This document shows positions 10,202 through 20,463 of a DNA stretch of 64,000 bases, piece after piece (the stretch's first letter is position 1; every line of letters begins with the position of its first letter). Below the pieces are notes generated by a model. That model was not told the origin of the DNA, did not search any database, and was given only the letters and a program-made list of their open reading frames with translations. Made by a program: the position numbers and the translations under genes. This stretch comes from an uncultured Bacillota bacterium (GTDB lineage Bacteria; Bacillota_I; Bacilli_A; RFN20; CAG-826): positions 80,975-144,974 of the forward strand of contig CASEFL010000002.1 of assembly GCA_949287245.1 (NCBI GenBank), written 5' to 3'.

Positions 10202-10672
10202 ATGAAATATTCTCTTCTTCTTTCTTTAGGATTAGTTGGTGTTTTATTTTCTTGCACTTCTAATGTAAGAGGCGCTCTTTCTGGTGTCTATGTTTCCTCG
10301 AATGAATCCATTAATCCATTGACGGATAATTTTTCTTCCACGCTTACGATTTCTTCTATTGAAGAAGAAACTTTTCTTAAAAGTGAAGGGAAAAATACTT
10401 TAGAAAGCTTGAATGGGAATTTTTATCGTCTTGATCTTTATTTGACTAAAAAAGGTGATAATACTCGTTATACAAGCGATTTTTATGACCTTTCTTATAA
10501 CAGTGTTACCTCTTCTTATATTGGATCTTTTGTTTGCCCCGTTCTTTATTTAGAAATGACTCCGCGTTCGGTATCCCTTTATTTTGGTTTTGATGGTGCT
10601 CCTAAGGGTATTCTTTTGCGAGACGATTTTAAAGGGGAATTCTTATTTTGTTTTCTCCCTACAGAACAATAA
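10202..10672 (+). CDS. Small lipoprotein, 156 aa.
   Basis: Signal peptide with lipobox VLFSCTS. It is followed by the intrinsic terminator at 10697-10722. Confidence 0.5.
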   Translation: MKYSLLLSLGLVGVLFSCTSNVRGALSGVYVSSNESINPLTDNFSSTLTISSIEEETFLKSEGKNTLESLNGNFYRLDLYLTKKGDNTRYTSDFYDLSYNSVTSSYIGSFVCPVLYLEMTPRSVSLYFGFDGAPKGILLRDDFKGEFLFCFLPTEQ

Positions 10673-10696
10673 TTTCTCTTCTTATCTTCTTTTGCA

Positions 10697-10722
10697 GGCT
10701 AGGCCTGCTTTTTTTAAAAAAA
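10697..10722 (+). terminator. Rho-independent terminator.
   Basis: GCAGGC-tagg-CCTGC stem-loop followed by TTTTTTT. Confidence 0.6.
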
Positions 10723-10765
10723 TTAAGAAAGAGAATGATAAAATAAACCTTTGTGGAGGTTATTT

Positions 10766-12367
10766 ATGGCGAAGAAGTTTTATATTACTACCCCAATTTA
10801 TTATCCTAGTGCATCCCCACACTTAGGGCATGCTTATTGTTCCGTTATGGCGGATATTCTTCGTCGTTCAAAAGCCTTACTCGGTTATGACACATATTTT
10901 TTAACCGGTTTAGATGAACACGGGGAGAAAATCGAAAAAAACGCTGAAGCAAAAGGAATCACTCCTCAACAATTTGTTGATGAAATAGCAACAAAATTTC
11001 TTAATTTATGGAAATTGCTTGGGATATCTAACGACGATTTTATTCGGACAACCGATAAAAGACACGTTGATACCATTCAAAAAGTTTTTACTCGTTATTT
11101 AAATAACGACGATGTTTATTTATCTCGCTATAAGGGGTGGTACTGCGTTCACGAAGAAACCTTTTGGACAGAAACTCAAGTCGGAAAAGAACACCTTTGT
11201 CCAGAATGTGGGAGAAGCGTGGAGGAAAAGGAAGAGGAAGCTTATTTCTTTTCTTGCCAAAAGTATTTACCTAGTCTATTAAAAATATTTGAAGAAAATC
11301 CTTCTTTTGTTACTCCTGTTGGCCGCAAACAAGAAATGATTAATAACTTTATTAAGCCAGGATTAAATGATCTATGTGTGACAAGAACAACTTTTTCTTG
11401 GGGGATTCCTGTAAAAGAAAATAAAAAGCATGTTGTTTATGTATGGTTAGATGCCTTGTTTAATTACATTACTGCTTTAGGGTATCTCCAAGAAGATGAT
11501 ACAAAGTTCCAAAAATATTGGATGGACGAAGAAAGTGAAATTGTTCATTTAGTTGGTGCGGATATTACTCGTTTTCACACGATATATTGGCCAATGTTCC
11601 TAGAGGCTTTAGGCTTAAGAAAACCAAGCCGCATTTTTGTTCATGGTTTAATGATGATGAAAGATGGAAAAATGAGCAAATCAAAAGGAAATGTTATCTA
11701 TGCTGAACCATTAGTGGAACATTATGGGCTTGATGCGGTTCGTTACTATTTAGCAAGTGAGATTATTTTTGGACAAGACGGACAATTTACTCCTGAACTT
11801 TTTATTGAACGATTAAATGCCGATTTAGCGAACAACTTAGGAAATCTTTTAAATCGTACTGTTTCGATGATTGGAAAATATTTTGATGGTATGGCTCCGA
11901 CTCATGAGAAAGACTTTGGTGAGGAAGATTTGGCAATAAATCAGAAAATCCAAGAAACCATTACAGAATATGAGAAAGACATTAATTCTTTAAAAGTCAC
12001 AGAAGCCTATCATGCAGTAATGGAACTTGTTTCTATGGGGAATAAATATATTGAGCAAAAAGCCCCATGGGCTTTAGCAAAAGACGCAAATAAGAAAGAT
12101 GAACTTGCCTCCACTATGGCACATCTAGTAGAAGTACTTCACGTTTCCTCTGTTCTCTTATCTCCAATTTTATTAGAAAAAAGCGCACAAATTGATGAAC
12201 AATTAGGTATTGGAGAAGATTATCGAAATTTCTCTTCTTTAAAGAAGAAACTTCCCTCCACTCTTGTCCATAAAGGGAATCCTTTATTTATGAGATTAGA
12301 GAATGAAAAAGAAGTGGAATGGTTAAAATCTTTAATGGCTATGCCAAAGGAAAAAGCGGCTGCTTAA
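10766..12367 (+). CDS. metG: Methionyl-tRNA synthetase, short form lacking the C-terminal tRNA-binding appendix.
   Basis: HIGH motif (PHLGHAY), KMSKS motif (KMSKSKGN), and a zinc knuckle CPECG. GGAGG lies 5 nt upstream of the ATG at 10766. Confidence 0.9.
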   Translation: MAKKFYITTPIYYPSASPHLGHAYCSVMADILRRSKALLGYDTYFLTGLDEHGEKIEKNAEAKGITPQQFVDEIATKFLNLWKLLGISNDDFIRTTDKRHVDTIQKVFTRYLNNDDVYLSRYKGWYCVHEETFWTETQVGKEHLCPECGRSVEEKEEEAYFFSCQKYLPSLLKIFEENPSFVTPVGRKQEMINNFIKPGLNDLCVTRTTFSWGIPVKENKKHVVYVWLDALFNYITALGYLQEDDTKFQKYWMDEESEIVHLVGADITRFHTIYWPMFLEALGLRKPSRIFVHGLMMMKDGKMSKSKGNVIYAEPLVEHYGLDAVRYYLASEIIFGQDGQFTPELFIERLNADLANNLGNLLNRTVSMIGKYFDGMAPTHEKDFGEEDLAINQKIQETITEYEKDINSLKVTEAYHAVMELVSMGNKYIEQKAPWALAKDANKKDELASTMAHLVEVLHVSSVLLSPILLEKSAQIDEQLGIGEDYRNFSSLKKKLPSTLVHKGNPLFMRLENEKEVEWLKSLMAMPKEKAAA

Positions 12368-12368
12368 T

Positions 12369-13769
12369 ATGCAAAAATTTCCATTCATTTTAAAAGGAAA
12401 ATGCATTGATTATCTCCAAACTGGTGAAGGAGTTGTTACTTTAGAAACAGGAGAAAAGGCTTTTGTTCCTTCCATTTTTCTCCATGAAGAAGGAGAAATT
12501 GAAATTATCTATAAAAGAAATGGGGTTTTGCGGGGAAAAATCAAAAAACTATATTCCTTGTCTCCAGAAAGAATAATCCCGCGTTGTAAAGTTCCTACGG
12601 CTTGTGGTGGTTGTTCTTATCAAGCTCTTTCTTATCAAGCACAAAAGAAAATTAAAGAAAACTTTGTTCGTAAGGCTTTAAAAGACGTTTTAGAAGAAGA
12701 TACCAAAGTCTACCCGTGTATGGGAATGGAACACCCATATTTTTATCGGAATAAGGGCGCTTTTCCTTTAGCTTATGATGCGATTCATCACAAAGTTGTT
12801 GCAGGATTTTACCGTCAAGGGACGCATCAAGTTGTCCCTATTGAAGAATGTTCTATTCAAGATAAGAGAATTTCGGATGCTTTAAAGGCATGTCTTTCTC
12901 TTATTAATGAATTTCATCTTTCTTGTTATGAGGAAGAGAAAGACAAAGGGTTTTTAAAACATCTTGTGTTTCGTTCTTCTTATCATCAAAAAGACTTTAT
13001 GGTTGTTTTTGTAGGAAAAAGTCAACGTTTTCCAAAAGAGAAAGAATTCATTCATTCTTTAAGAAAACGCGCACCATTTATTACAACCATTATTCTTAAT
13101 GTACTAAAAGAAAAAACGAATGTTATTTTAGGAAAAAAAGAAAAAATTCTTTTTGGGCCAGGATACATTGAAGACACTTTATGTGGTTGCCTTTTTCGTA
13201 TTTCCTCGCGTAGTTTTTATCAAGTAAATCCTTTTATGACGGAAAAACTTTATCAATACGCATTAAAGGAAGCATGTTTAGAGAAAGATGATACATTTCT
13301 TGATGCCTATTGCGGCATTGGCACGATTGGCCTTATTGCCGCTTCCTCTTGTAAAGAAGTAATTGGTATTGAAGTTGTAGAAGAAGCGATAAAAGACGCG
13401 AAAGCAAACGCCTTACGGAACAAGATTCGTAACTATTCTGCGATTTGTGGGGATTGTCCAAAAGTTTTAAATGAATACGCAAAAGAAGAAAAAAGAATCG
13501 ATGTTCTTTTAATGGATCCTCCAAGAAAAGGAAGCACGGAGGAATTTTTAAATTCGGCTTTACTTTTAAAACCAAGAAAGATTATTTATATCTCTTGTAA
13601 TCCGATAACCTTAGGAAGAGACGTGAAAATACTTCAAAAAGAATACCATTTAAGCAAGGTTCAGCCTTTTGATTTATTCCCAATGACCCCGCATGTTGAA
13701 ACGGTGTGCCTCTTGAGCAACCGAAAACCGGATACGAAAGTCAGAATTGATGCGGATCTGGAAGACTAA
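12369..13769 (+). CDS. rlmD: 23S rRNA (uracil-5-)-methyltransferase RlmD/RumA family. Has an N-terminal TRAM domain, a 4Fe-4S Cys cluster and a SAM-dependent MTase domain.
   Basis: Cys cluster CKVPTACGGCSYQ, SAM motif DAYCGIGTIG, and C-terminal catalytic region ...PFDLFPMTPHVETV. Its last roughly 14 codons run into a higher-GC block. Confidence 0.85.
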   Translation: MQKFPFILKGKCIDYLQTGEGVVTLETGEKAFVPSIFLHEEGEIEIIYKRNGVLRGKIKKLYSLSPERIIPRCKVPTACGGCSYQALSYQAQKKIKENFVRKALKDVLEEDTKVYPCMGMEHPYFYRNKGAFPLAYDAIHHKVVAGFYRQGTHQVVPIEECSIQDKRISDALKACLSLINEFHLSCYEEEKDKGFLKHLVFRSSYHQKDFMVVFVGKSQRFPKEKEFIHSLRKRAPFITTIILNVLKEKTNVILGKKEKILFGPGYIEDTLCGCLFRISSRSFYQVNPFMTEKLYQYALKEACLEKDDTFLDAYCGIGTIGLIAASSCKEVIGIEVVEEAIKDAKANALRNKIRNYSAICGDCPKVLNEYAKEEKRIDVLLMDPPRKGSTEEFLNSALLLKPRKIIYISCNPITLGRDVKILQKEYHLSKVQPFDLFPMTPHVETVCLLSNRKPDTKVRIDADLED

Positions 13770-13992
13770 GATCATTAAGACTTATGGGGAGGCATTTACT
13801 TTCAGAGAAAAGTCGATTGTTGTCACGACCCCGCTGCATCAGATAAAAAAGATTGGGAATAAGGTTGGGAATAAAAAAGAATTAAGAAGGCAAAGAATTA
13901 TCAAGGAAAGAGAGAATCCGAATATTACTACCAGTGAACTGTATCAAATATTGGGAATCAGTGGAACAGCAATGGGAAACAAAAAAGCCTGA
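13747..13992 (+). pseudogene. Gene fragment with a helix-turn-helix-like segment (NITTSELYQILGISGTAMGNKK). Probable remnant of a mobile-element DNA-binding or recombinase gene.
   Basis: Short ORF with no RBS. It starts inside the rlmD 3' end in another frame and lies in the foreign-GC block. Confidence 0.3.
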
Positions 13993-14356
13993 AACATTCA
14001 GGGAAAAATATTGTTCCTTGGTGATATAAAAGGGACAGACAAGCTTATTCCTGTTATCGATGTGAAATTCGATGATTGCGTAGTGGAGTATGGATGGAGC
14101 GGTTTTGCAGACCTGTTATTAAGAAGTACGCTTCGGAGTTAGACGTCGAGACCATGTCCGATCCGGTGGTTCCGCTTGAGGATCAGGACGGTGTGGCAGC
14201 AGATAAAAAAGAATCTGATTACAAGCCAAAAGCGTGCGTAGGCAAAATTGCTACATGGTACAATAGATGTGATATAAGAGATCGAACAAGAGAGCGGCGG
14301 CCATTCCCTTCGCTCTCTTGAAACATAGAAATGTAATCAGATAGGAGCGTGAACAA

Positions 14357-15409
14357 ATGGCTGAAGACAAGAACAGACCGGACCAGAGTCAGGGCGAGAT
14401 TTTAATTTATCAGGCCGAAGATGGATTTACAAAGGTAGAATGCCGGTTTGTCGACGAGACCATTTGGCTGACGCAGCAGCAGATGGCGGAATTGTTCCGC
14501 ACGTCCAGAAGCAACATTGTGGAGCATATTGGTCACATCTATGAAGAAGGCGAACTGGATGAGGTTTCAACCTGTCGGAATTTCCGACATGTTCGAATGG
14601 AGGGCAACCGGCAAGTAACTAGGGAGTTGCCTTTCTATAATCTAGATATGATTATTTCTTTGGGGTACAGGGTAAAATCCCTGATTGCCACCCAGTTTCG
14701 CCGGTGGGCCACGGAACGCCTAAAAGAGTATATGATCAAGGGCTTTACGATGGACGATGAGCGCCTGAAAAATTTGGGTGGTGGCAACTATTGGCGCGAA
14801 CTGCTGGAACGGATTCGGGACATTCGTTCTTCGGAAAAAGTGATGTATCGTCAGGTGTTGGACTTGTACGCTACTAGTGTGGACTATAACCCCAGAAGCG
14901 CGGAATCTGTTGCGTTTTTCAAAATGGTGCAGAACAAGCTTCATTATGCAGCGCATGGACATACGGCTGCGGAAGTGATTTATGAGCGGGCCGATGCAGA
15001 TAAGCCGTTTATGGGGCTTACCACTTTTTCGGGCGACTTCCCCACGGCAAAAGATATTGGGATTGCCAAGAATTATTTGACAGAGGAAGAACTTCGGGTT
15101 CTGAATCAGATGGTATCCGGTTATTTTGACTTTGCCGAGGTGCAGGCCATCCGTCACCGACCCATGTATATGAGCGATCATGTGGAGCAGCTGGACAATA
15201 TTCTTCGGGCAACCGGCGAAGAAGTATTGGCCCATGCAGGAAAAATCAGTCATGCACAGGCGATGGAAAAAGCAAAAGCGGAATATAAACGCTATCAGGC
15301 ACAAACTCTTTCCCCTGTGGAGGAAGAATATCTAAAGACCATTAAGCAGTTGGGAAAAATGGCCAAGACAGAGGCGGAAAAGCAGGATGATTCTTCTGAC
15401 CCAAGTTAA
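14357..15409 (+). CDS. RhuM-family protein (virulence/Fic-DOC-associated RhuM family), 350 aa.
   Basis: The N-terminus ILIYQAEDGFTKVECRFVDETIWLTQQQMAELF...NIVEHIGHIYEEGEL matches the characteristic RhuM-family signature. GC content is about 50% against about 34% for the flanking DNA. RBS is AGGAG. Confidence 0.75.
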   Translation: MAEDKNRPDQSQGEILIYQAEDGFTKVECRFVDETIWLTQQQMAELFRTSRSNIVEHIGHIYEEGELDEVSTCRNFRHVRMEGNRQVTRELPFYNLDMIISLGYRVKSLIATQFRRWATERLKEYMIKGFTMDDERLKNLGGGNYWRELLERIRDIRSSEKVMYRQVLDLYATSVDYNPRSAESVAFFKMVQNKLHYAAHGHTAAEVIYERADADKPFMGLTTFSGDFPTAKDIGIAKNYLTEEELRVLNQMVSGYFDFAEVQAIRHRPMYMSDHVEQLDNILRATGEEVLAHAGKISHAQAMEKAKAEYKRYQAQTLSPVEEEYLKTIKQLGKMAKTEAEKQDDSSDPS

Positions 15410-15441
15410 GAACGACCAATCCGTTTTTTGATTGGCACCAC

Positions 15442-15690
15442 ATGAGGGAGATTACGACGGAGAAAGAGAAGACAAAAGTTTATACCTACACCATGGTCTC
15501 CACCGCTATGCAGGTGGGCGGCTACTCGCTGGATGCGCAGAAGGTCAAAATGAAAGTGGATACTGCCGCTATTGACCAGGAGATTGCCAATTACGAGAAG
15601 CAGCTGCGCCAGCATTATTCCGTCAAGGCGGAGCGGCAGCAGTTGATCGGAGCGCTGATCTCTGAAATTCAGATTTACCTGGAGCGATAG
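15442..15690 (+). pseudogene. Truncated remnant of a serine recombinase gene.
   Basis: KVYTYTMVSTAMQVGGYSLDAQK matches the N-terminal catalytic motif of serine recombinases (...Y.RVST..Q...GySLdaQ), including the catalytic Ser. The ORF is only 82 aa and ends in a coiled-coil-like tail, consistent with an internally deleted large serine recombinase. Confidence 0.45.
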
Positions 15691-15826
15691 CCCAATGGAC
15701 AGTGATTAAAATCCATCAAATTTAAGCTGCCCATCATCGGGGAAGACATGAGTATCGATTTGGACAACGAAGAACAAGTCGAAACGGTTGCCGTCTTGCA
15801 TTTAAGAAGTAGCAATGTGGAATAAA

Positions 15827-16594
15827 TTATTTTTCTTTTTCTTTTAAAGTTTGTTTTTTCTTTAGGTATGCTGTGAGTTTTTTATCGATAAGGCGCGCAA
15901 GATAGAAAAGAAGAATTACCCAGAAGAGGACAATGGTAATGGCTTGAATCCATTCCCATGGGGTGGTGAATTCTTGATAAGGGATAAGGGATATTCCAAA
16001 GACGATTGTCGCGCATCCGACCCCACGACATAAAAGAATGATTAATGTGTGATACCAAAATTTAATTTTGCTCATGCCAGCTAAACAGCAAAGTAAGTCA
16101 TCCGGAAAAACAGGAAGAAGATACATCACAGGAAGGTACACAATTCCTTTTTCTTGTAAAAGAGCCATACCCTTATCGTAATCAGCTTTACTAAATAATT
16201 TTTGTAAAAGAAAAGATCCACCAAATCTTCCTAATAAATCCATAAGGAGGGAAGAAGCAATAACACCACTAAAGACAAGAAGAAAGCATTGCCATGTTGG
16301 GCCATATAACACGACTCCTAAAGCAATAAATGTTGCTGATCCTCCTGGAGCAAAGCAAAGAAGAACCGTTACTATGACCTGAATTAGGAAGAAGGTTAAA
16401 TATCCATACCATTCTGTTTTGATGTTTTCAAATAATGCAGAGTTAAAAACTAAGCCATTATCAAACTGAATCACTTTTGTAAGATAAAGAATTAAAAATA
16501 CCAAACAGGAAAGAAGTATACAGACAGCAAGAAAGAGAATAATTTTTCGCAGGCTATCTTGATATTGATTCCAAAATTCATGAAGACGTTTCAT
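15827..16594 (-). CDS. TVP38/TMEM64 (DedA-related, SNARE-associated) family membrane protein.
   Basis: Multi-TM protein. The central motif YLLPVFPDDLLCCLAGMSKIKFWYH is typical of the TVP38/DedA superfamily. Confidence 0.65.
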   Translation of the reverse strand: MKRLHEFWNQYQDSLRKIILFLAVCILLSCLVFLILYLTKVIQFDNGLVFNSALFENIKTEWYGYLTFFLIQVIVTVLLCFAPGGSATFIALGVVLYGPTWQCFLLVFSGVIASSLLMDLLGRFGGSFLLQKLFSKADYDKGMALLQEKGIVYLPVMYLLPVFPDDLLCCLAGMSKIKFWYHTLIILLCRGVGCATIVFGISLIPYQEFTTPWEWIQAITIVLFWVILLFYLARLIDKKLTAYLKKKQTLKEKEK

Positions 16595-16633
16595 GAATGT
16601 ATCTTATACGAAAATTAAGAAAGAAGAGAGAAT

Positions 16634-18112
16634 TTAGTTACTTTCTTGGGCAGAAACTTCCTCTTTAACTAACGAGTTTTTCTCTTTTTTCATCCCGAAA
16701 GTACCTTCTTTTTCTTGTTTATTAAATTTCTTCATGATGATAATCATTGCTGGAATTAACACCAAATCAGAACCTAACCAGGAGATTGGATTAGAGAAAG
16801 CCAAACCTAACCAACCCGCATATTGGGCTAGAACAAGAGAGAAAGTAATACGCAAAACAAGTTCAACAATGGAAACAATAACAGTAATTTCCGAACGCCC
16901 TAGTCCTTGGAATGAACTGCGGAAAACATATAACGTACTTAATAAAGCATAACAACCGAGTTGGACAGCCATATAAATGAATGTGGCGTCTCTTACTTCT
17001 TGAGGAGGATTTTCAATAAAAAGATAAAGAATATACGGCGTTAAAGGAATAATGAAAGCCGCCATGAGAAGGCAGACAGAAATAGACATCACCGTTCCTG
17101 TGATTAATCCCTTTTTGATTCTTGGTAAATCGGATGCACCGTAGTTTTGTCCACAATAAGTGGCCATCATCGTGCCAATAGCAAGAATAACGCAGTTAGA
17201 GAAACCATCAATTCTTCCTGCTGCACTATAAGCAGTCGTATACAATCCATTTACAATATCCGGGTTATTTGCCATTGCCTCCATATAGGCATTATTGATC
17301 ATATTTGCTCCCCGTTGTTGCATTAATAAGCCGATGCCAACAATCGAAAATTGAATGGCCATAGGAAGAGAAATACGAATGTGGAGGCCATAGATACTTT
17401 TTAAAGGTTTCCAATCTTCTTTTTTAATTCTAGTGTAAGGATAACGCCAAAACATCCATATAGCGCAGAAGATACAGGAAATCGCTTGCGAAAGAATAGT
17501 GGCCCAGGCTGCACCTGCTACACCCATATTGAAAGGCCCAACAAATAGATAGTCAGCACCAATATTAATTACACAGCCAAGAATTAACGCATAAAGAGGA
17601 GTTCTTGTATCGCCTAATGAGCGAAGCACATTAGAGAAGAGGTTATAGGCAATGGTAAAGACAATACCAAGAAAAATAGGGAATAAGTATTCCTTTGCGT
17701 ATTGATAAAATTGCCAATCTAAATCAGTTAGAGTTAGAAGAGGATCAATACAAAGGACACCAACAAGAGTCAAGATTAAGGAAACAATGAAAGAAAGAAT
17801 AAAAGAAGTAGCAAGAGAGCGGCGTAATCCTTGTTCGTCTTTTGCACCAAAATATTGAGCAGCACATACAGATAATCCACCAGTCAAGCCAGAAGCAAAG
17901 CCTAAAATCATAAAGCTTGAACTTCCTGTAGCCCCTACGGCCGTAAAGGCATCACTTCCCAAAATTTGTCCGACAATCATGGAGTCGACAACGTTATAGG
18001 CTTGTTGAAAAAGGTTTCCAATTAGAAGTGGGATAAGGAAAATGAACATTCCTTTTAGAATGCTTCCTTTTGTCATGTCGATGGTTTTGCTTCTTCTTTT
18101 TCCAATTTCCAT
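16634..18112 (-). CDS. MATE-family multidrug/oligosaccharide efflux transporter.
   Basis: Twelve TM helices. The N-terminal motif DMTKGSILKGMFIFLIPLLIGNLFQQAYN is the MATE signature, and the gene is about 490 aa. The start was set at MEIGKRR, which has a GGGGG SD. Confidence 0.7.
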   Translation of the reverse strand: MEIGKRRSKTIDMTKGSILKGMFIFLIPLLIGNLFQQAYNVVDSMIVGQILGSDAFTAVGATGSSSFMILGFASGLTGGLSVCAAQYFGAKDEQGLRRSLATSFILSFIVSLILTLVGVLCIDPLLTLTDLDWQFYQYAKEYLFPIFLGIVFTIAYNLFSNVLRSLGDTRTPLYALILGCVINIGADYLFVGPFNMGVAGAAWATILSQAISCIFCAIWMFWRYPYTRIKKEDWKPLKSIYGLHIRISLPMAIQFSIVGIGLLMQQRGANMINNAYMEAMANNPDIVNGLYTTAYSAAGRIDGFSNCVILAIGTMMATYCGQNYGASDLPRIKKGLITGTVMSISVCLLMAAFIIPLTPYILYLFIENPPQEVRDATFIYMAVQLGCYALLSTLYVFRSSFQGLGRSEITVIVSIVELVLRITFSLVLAQYAGWLGLAFSNPISWLGSDLVLIPAMIIIMKKFNKQEKEGTFGMKKEKNSLVKEEVSAQESN

Positions 18113-18313
18113 AAAAGACCCCCGTGAAAATTGAATCCGCCAAAACATACTCTAAAAAAAGGAAAATGCGAGAGGGCTTTTTTTAAAACATAATGAAAGC
18201 GGTTACTCAAAAACAAAACTGAATTAAACCTTTACAATCTAGCAAGCAACTATTGAAACTGCTAAAGTGTTTGCTACAATATTTTTGCCAATAGGCAGAA
18301 GGAGGTAATTACG

Positions 18314-20449
18314 ATGGATGGTATGCAAGATTATAGCCAAGATGAAAATATTTTAGAAAAGTTTGGACGCGATATTAACTCCTATGTAGAGCAAGGAAAA
18401 CTTGATCCTGTTATTGGAAGAGATGAAGAAATTCGAAAAGTTATCCAAGTTTTAGCAAGAAAATCAAAAAATAACGTCATTCTTCTTGGGGAACCCGGTG
18501 TAGGAAAAACTGCAATTGTTGAAGGCTTAGCAGAAAGAATTGTAAAAGATGATGTTCCTGCAACTTTAAAAGGAAAAAGAGTATATGAACTGGATATGGG
18601 CGCTCTTGTTGCCGGTGCTAAGTATCGAGGGGAGTTTGAAGAACGGTTAAAAGCGGTCTTGAACAAAATTAAAGAAAGTAATGGAAAGATTATTCTCTTT
18701 ATTGACGAGATTCATCTTATTGTTGGAGCAGGAAAGTCTGACGGTGCATTAGATGCGTCAAATATGCTTAAGCCTCTTTTGGCAAGAGGGGAAATCGATT
18801 GTATTGGAGCAACCACTTTAAAGGAATATCGAGAATATATTGAAAAAGACCGTGCTCTTGAGCGGCGTTTTCAACCTGTTATGGTAGGGGAACCAACCGT
18901 TGCGGACACCATTTCAATTTTAAGAGGATTAAAGGAACGCTTTGAAACGTATCATGGCGTTACGATTACGGATGGTGCGCTTGTTGCAGCAGCTACTTTA
19001 AGTAACCGTTATATCACTAACCGTTTTTTGCCAGATAAGGCTATCGATTTAGTCGATGAAGCTTGTGCGGGTATTAAGGTTGAAATTGAATCTATGCCTA
19101 CGGAGCTTGATGAAGTGAATCGTAAAATTCGTCAATTAGAAATTGAACGTTATGCTTTAGAAAAGGAAGATGACGAAGGAAGCAAAAAACGTTTAGAAGT
19201 TTTAAAAAACGAACTCGCTTCTCTCAATGCTCAATTTGATGCTTTAAATAAAGCATGGAAGAAAGAAAAAGAAGAACATGCGGAGGCAAAATCTTTAAAG
19301 GAAGAACTCGAAAAGAAGCGTCTTGCTTTACAAAATAGTTTTACCGCTGGGAATTATGAGGAAGCTTCAAAACTTCAATATCAAGTCATCCCAGATTTAG
19401 AGAAAAAACTACGTACTCTTCAAGAAAAGTCAAAAGCAGGAAAAATTTTATCGGAAGTTGTGGATGAAGAAGAAATTGCCAAGATTGTCGCTCGGATGAC
19501 CGGCATTCCTGTTTCACGTATTGAAAAAGGGGATCGAGAGAAGGTCTTAGAATTAAAAGACACTTTAAAGAAACGAGTTATTGGGCAAGATGAGGCCATC
19601 GAACTTGTTTCGAATGCAATTCTCCGCCAAAGAGCAGGCATTAAAAATCCCAATCGTCCTATTGGTTCCTTTCTGTTTCTTGGTCCAACTGGTGTAGGGA
19701 AAACTGAAGTTGCCAAATCTTTGGCAGAAGCTCTTTTTGATAATGAGAACGATATTATCCGCATAGATATGTCTGAATATATGGAAAGATATAGCGTTTC
19801 TCGTCTTATTGGTGCGCCCCCTGGATATGTTGGTTATGAAGAGGGTGGACAATTAACAGAAAAAGTACGAAGAAATCCTTATTCCATTGTTCTTTTTGAC
19901 GAAATTGAAAAAGCAAATCCTGAAGTATTTAATCTCTTACTTCAAGTCTTAGATGAAGGCCGTTTGACGGATAGCCAAGGCCGATTAGTTGATTTTAAGA
20001 ACACGGTTATCATTATGACTTCTAATATCGGCAGCGATTTGCTTCTAGAAGGGAAAGTGGGGCAAGTAGAAGAATTGCTTCATCGCACCTTTAAACCCGA
20101 ATTCTTAAATCGTATTGATGAGATTTGCTTCTTTCATCCTTTAGGAAAAGAAGTTCAAAAGAAGATTGTCGAGAAGATGCTACGTGAGTTGAAGAGTCGA
20201 TTAGAGGAACAATATTATTCCATCGGTTGGACACCTGCTGTTGTGGACTATATTCTTGATCAATCGTATTCGCCAGAATTTGGCGCGCGACCTATTAAGC
20301 GTTATATCCAAGATAAGGTGGAAACCCTTCTTGCGGAAAAAATAATTAAAGGTGAATTTTCTACAGAAAAGAAGTATCTCTTAGACTCTAAGAATAACGA
20401 GATTATTGTCATCCCTAGTAAGGAAAAAGAAGAAAGGCTACCCAAGTAA
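18314..20449 (+). CDS. clpB: ClpB-type AAA+ disaggregase lacking the N-terminal domain (Mollicute-like 711-aa form).
   Basis: Two AAA modules with Walker A motifs GEPGVGKT and GPTGVGKT, a long coiled-coil middle domain, and a ClpB-type C-terminus. RBS GAAGGAGG. The protein begins directly at the NBD1 linker. Confidence 0.85.
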   Translation: MDGMQDYSQDENILEKFGRDINSYVEQGKLDPVIGRDEEIRKVIQVLARKSKNNVILLGEPGVGKTAIVEGLAERIVKDDVPATLKGKRVYELDMGALVAGAKYRGEFEERLKAVLNKIKESNGKIILFIDEIHLIVGAGKSDGALDASNMLKPLLARGEIDCIGATTLKEYREYIEKDRALERRFQPVMVGEPTVADTISILRGLKERFETYHGVTITDGALVAAATLSNRYITNRFLPDKAIDLVDEACAGIKVEIESMPTELDEVNRKIRQLEIERYALEKEDDEGSKKRLEVLKNELASLNAQFDALNKAWKKEKEEHAEAKSLKEELEKKRLALQNSFTAGNYEEASKLQYQVIPDLEKKLRTLQEKSKAGKILSEVVDEEEIAKIVARMTGIPVSRIEKGDREKVLELKDTLKKRVIGQDEAIELVSNAILRQRAGIKNPNRPIGSFLFLGPTGVGKTEVAKSLAEALFDNENDIIRIDMSEYMERYSVSRLIGAPPGYVGYEEGGQLTEKVRRNPYSIVLFDEIEKANPEVFNLLLQVLDEGRLTDSQGRLVDFKNTVIIMTSNIGSDLLLEGKVGQVEELLHRTFKPEFLNRIDEICFFHPLGKEVQKKIVEKMLRELKSRLEEQYYSIGWTPAVVDYILDQSYSPEFGARPIKRYIQDKVETLLAEKIIKGEFSTEKKYLLDSKNNEIIVIPSKEKEERLPK

Positions 20450-20463
20450 TGGGTAGTCTTTTT
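20438..20463 (+). terminator. Rho-independent terminator of clpB.
   Basis: CTACCCA-agtaa-TGGGTAG followed by TCTTTTT. The stop codon is embedded in the loop. Confidence 0.7.

Noticed and set aside
9979-10263. 94-aa ORF overlapping rpmE in a different frame.
   Set aside because: rpmE is unambiguous. The overlapping frame has no support.
14720-15304. 194-aa and 64-aa minus-strand ORFs antisense to the RhuM gene.
   Set aside because: They lie wholly inside a well-supported plus-strand gene in a GC-rich block where spurious antisense ORFs are expected. There is no RBS and the composition is odd (Cys/His/Phe-rich).
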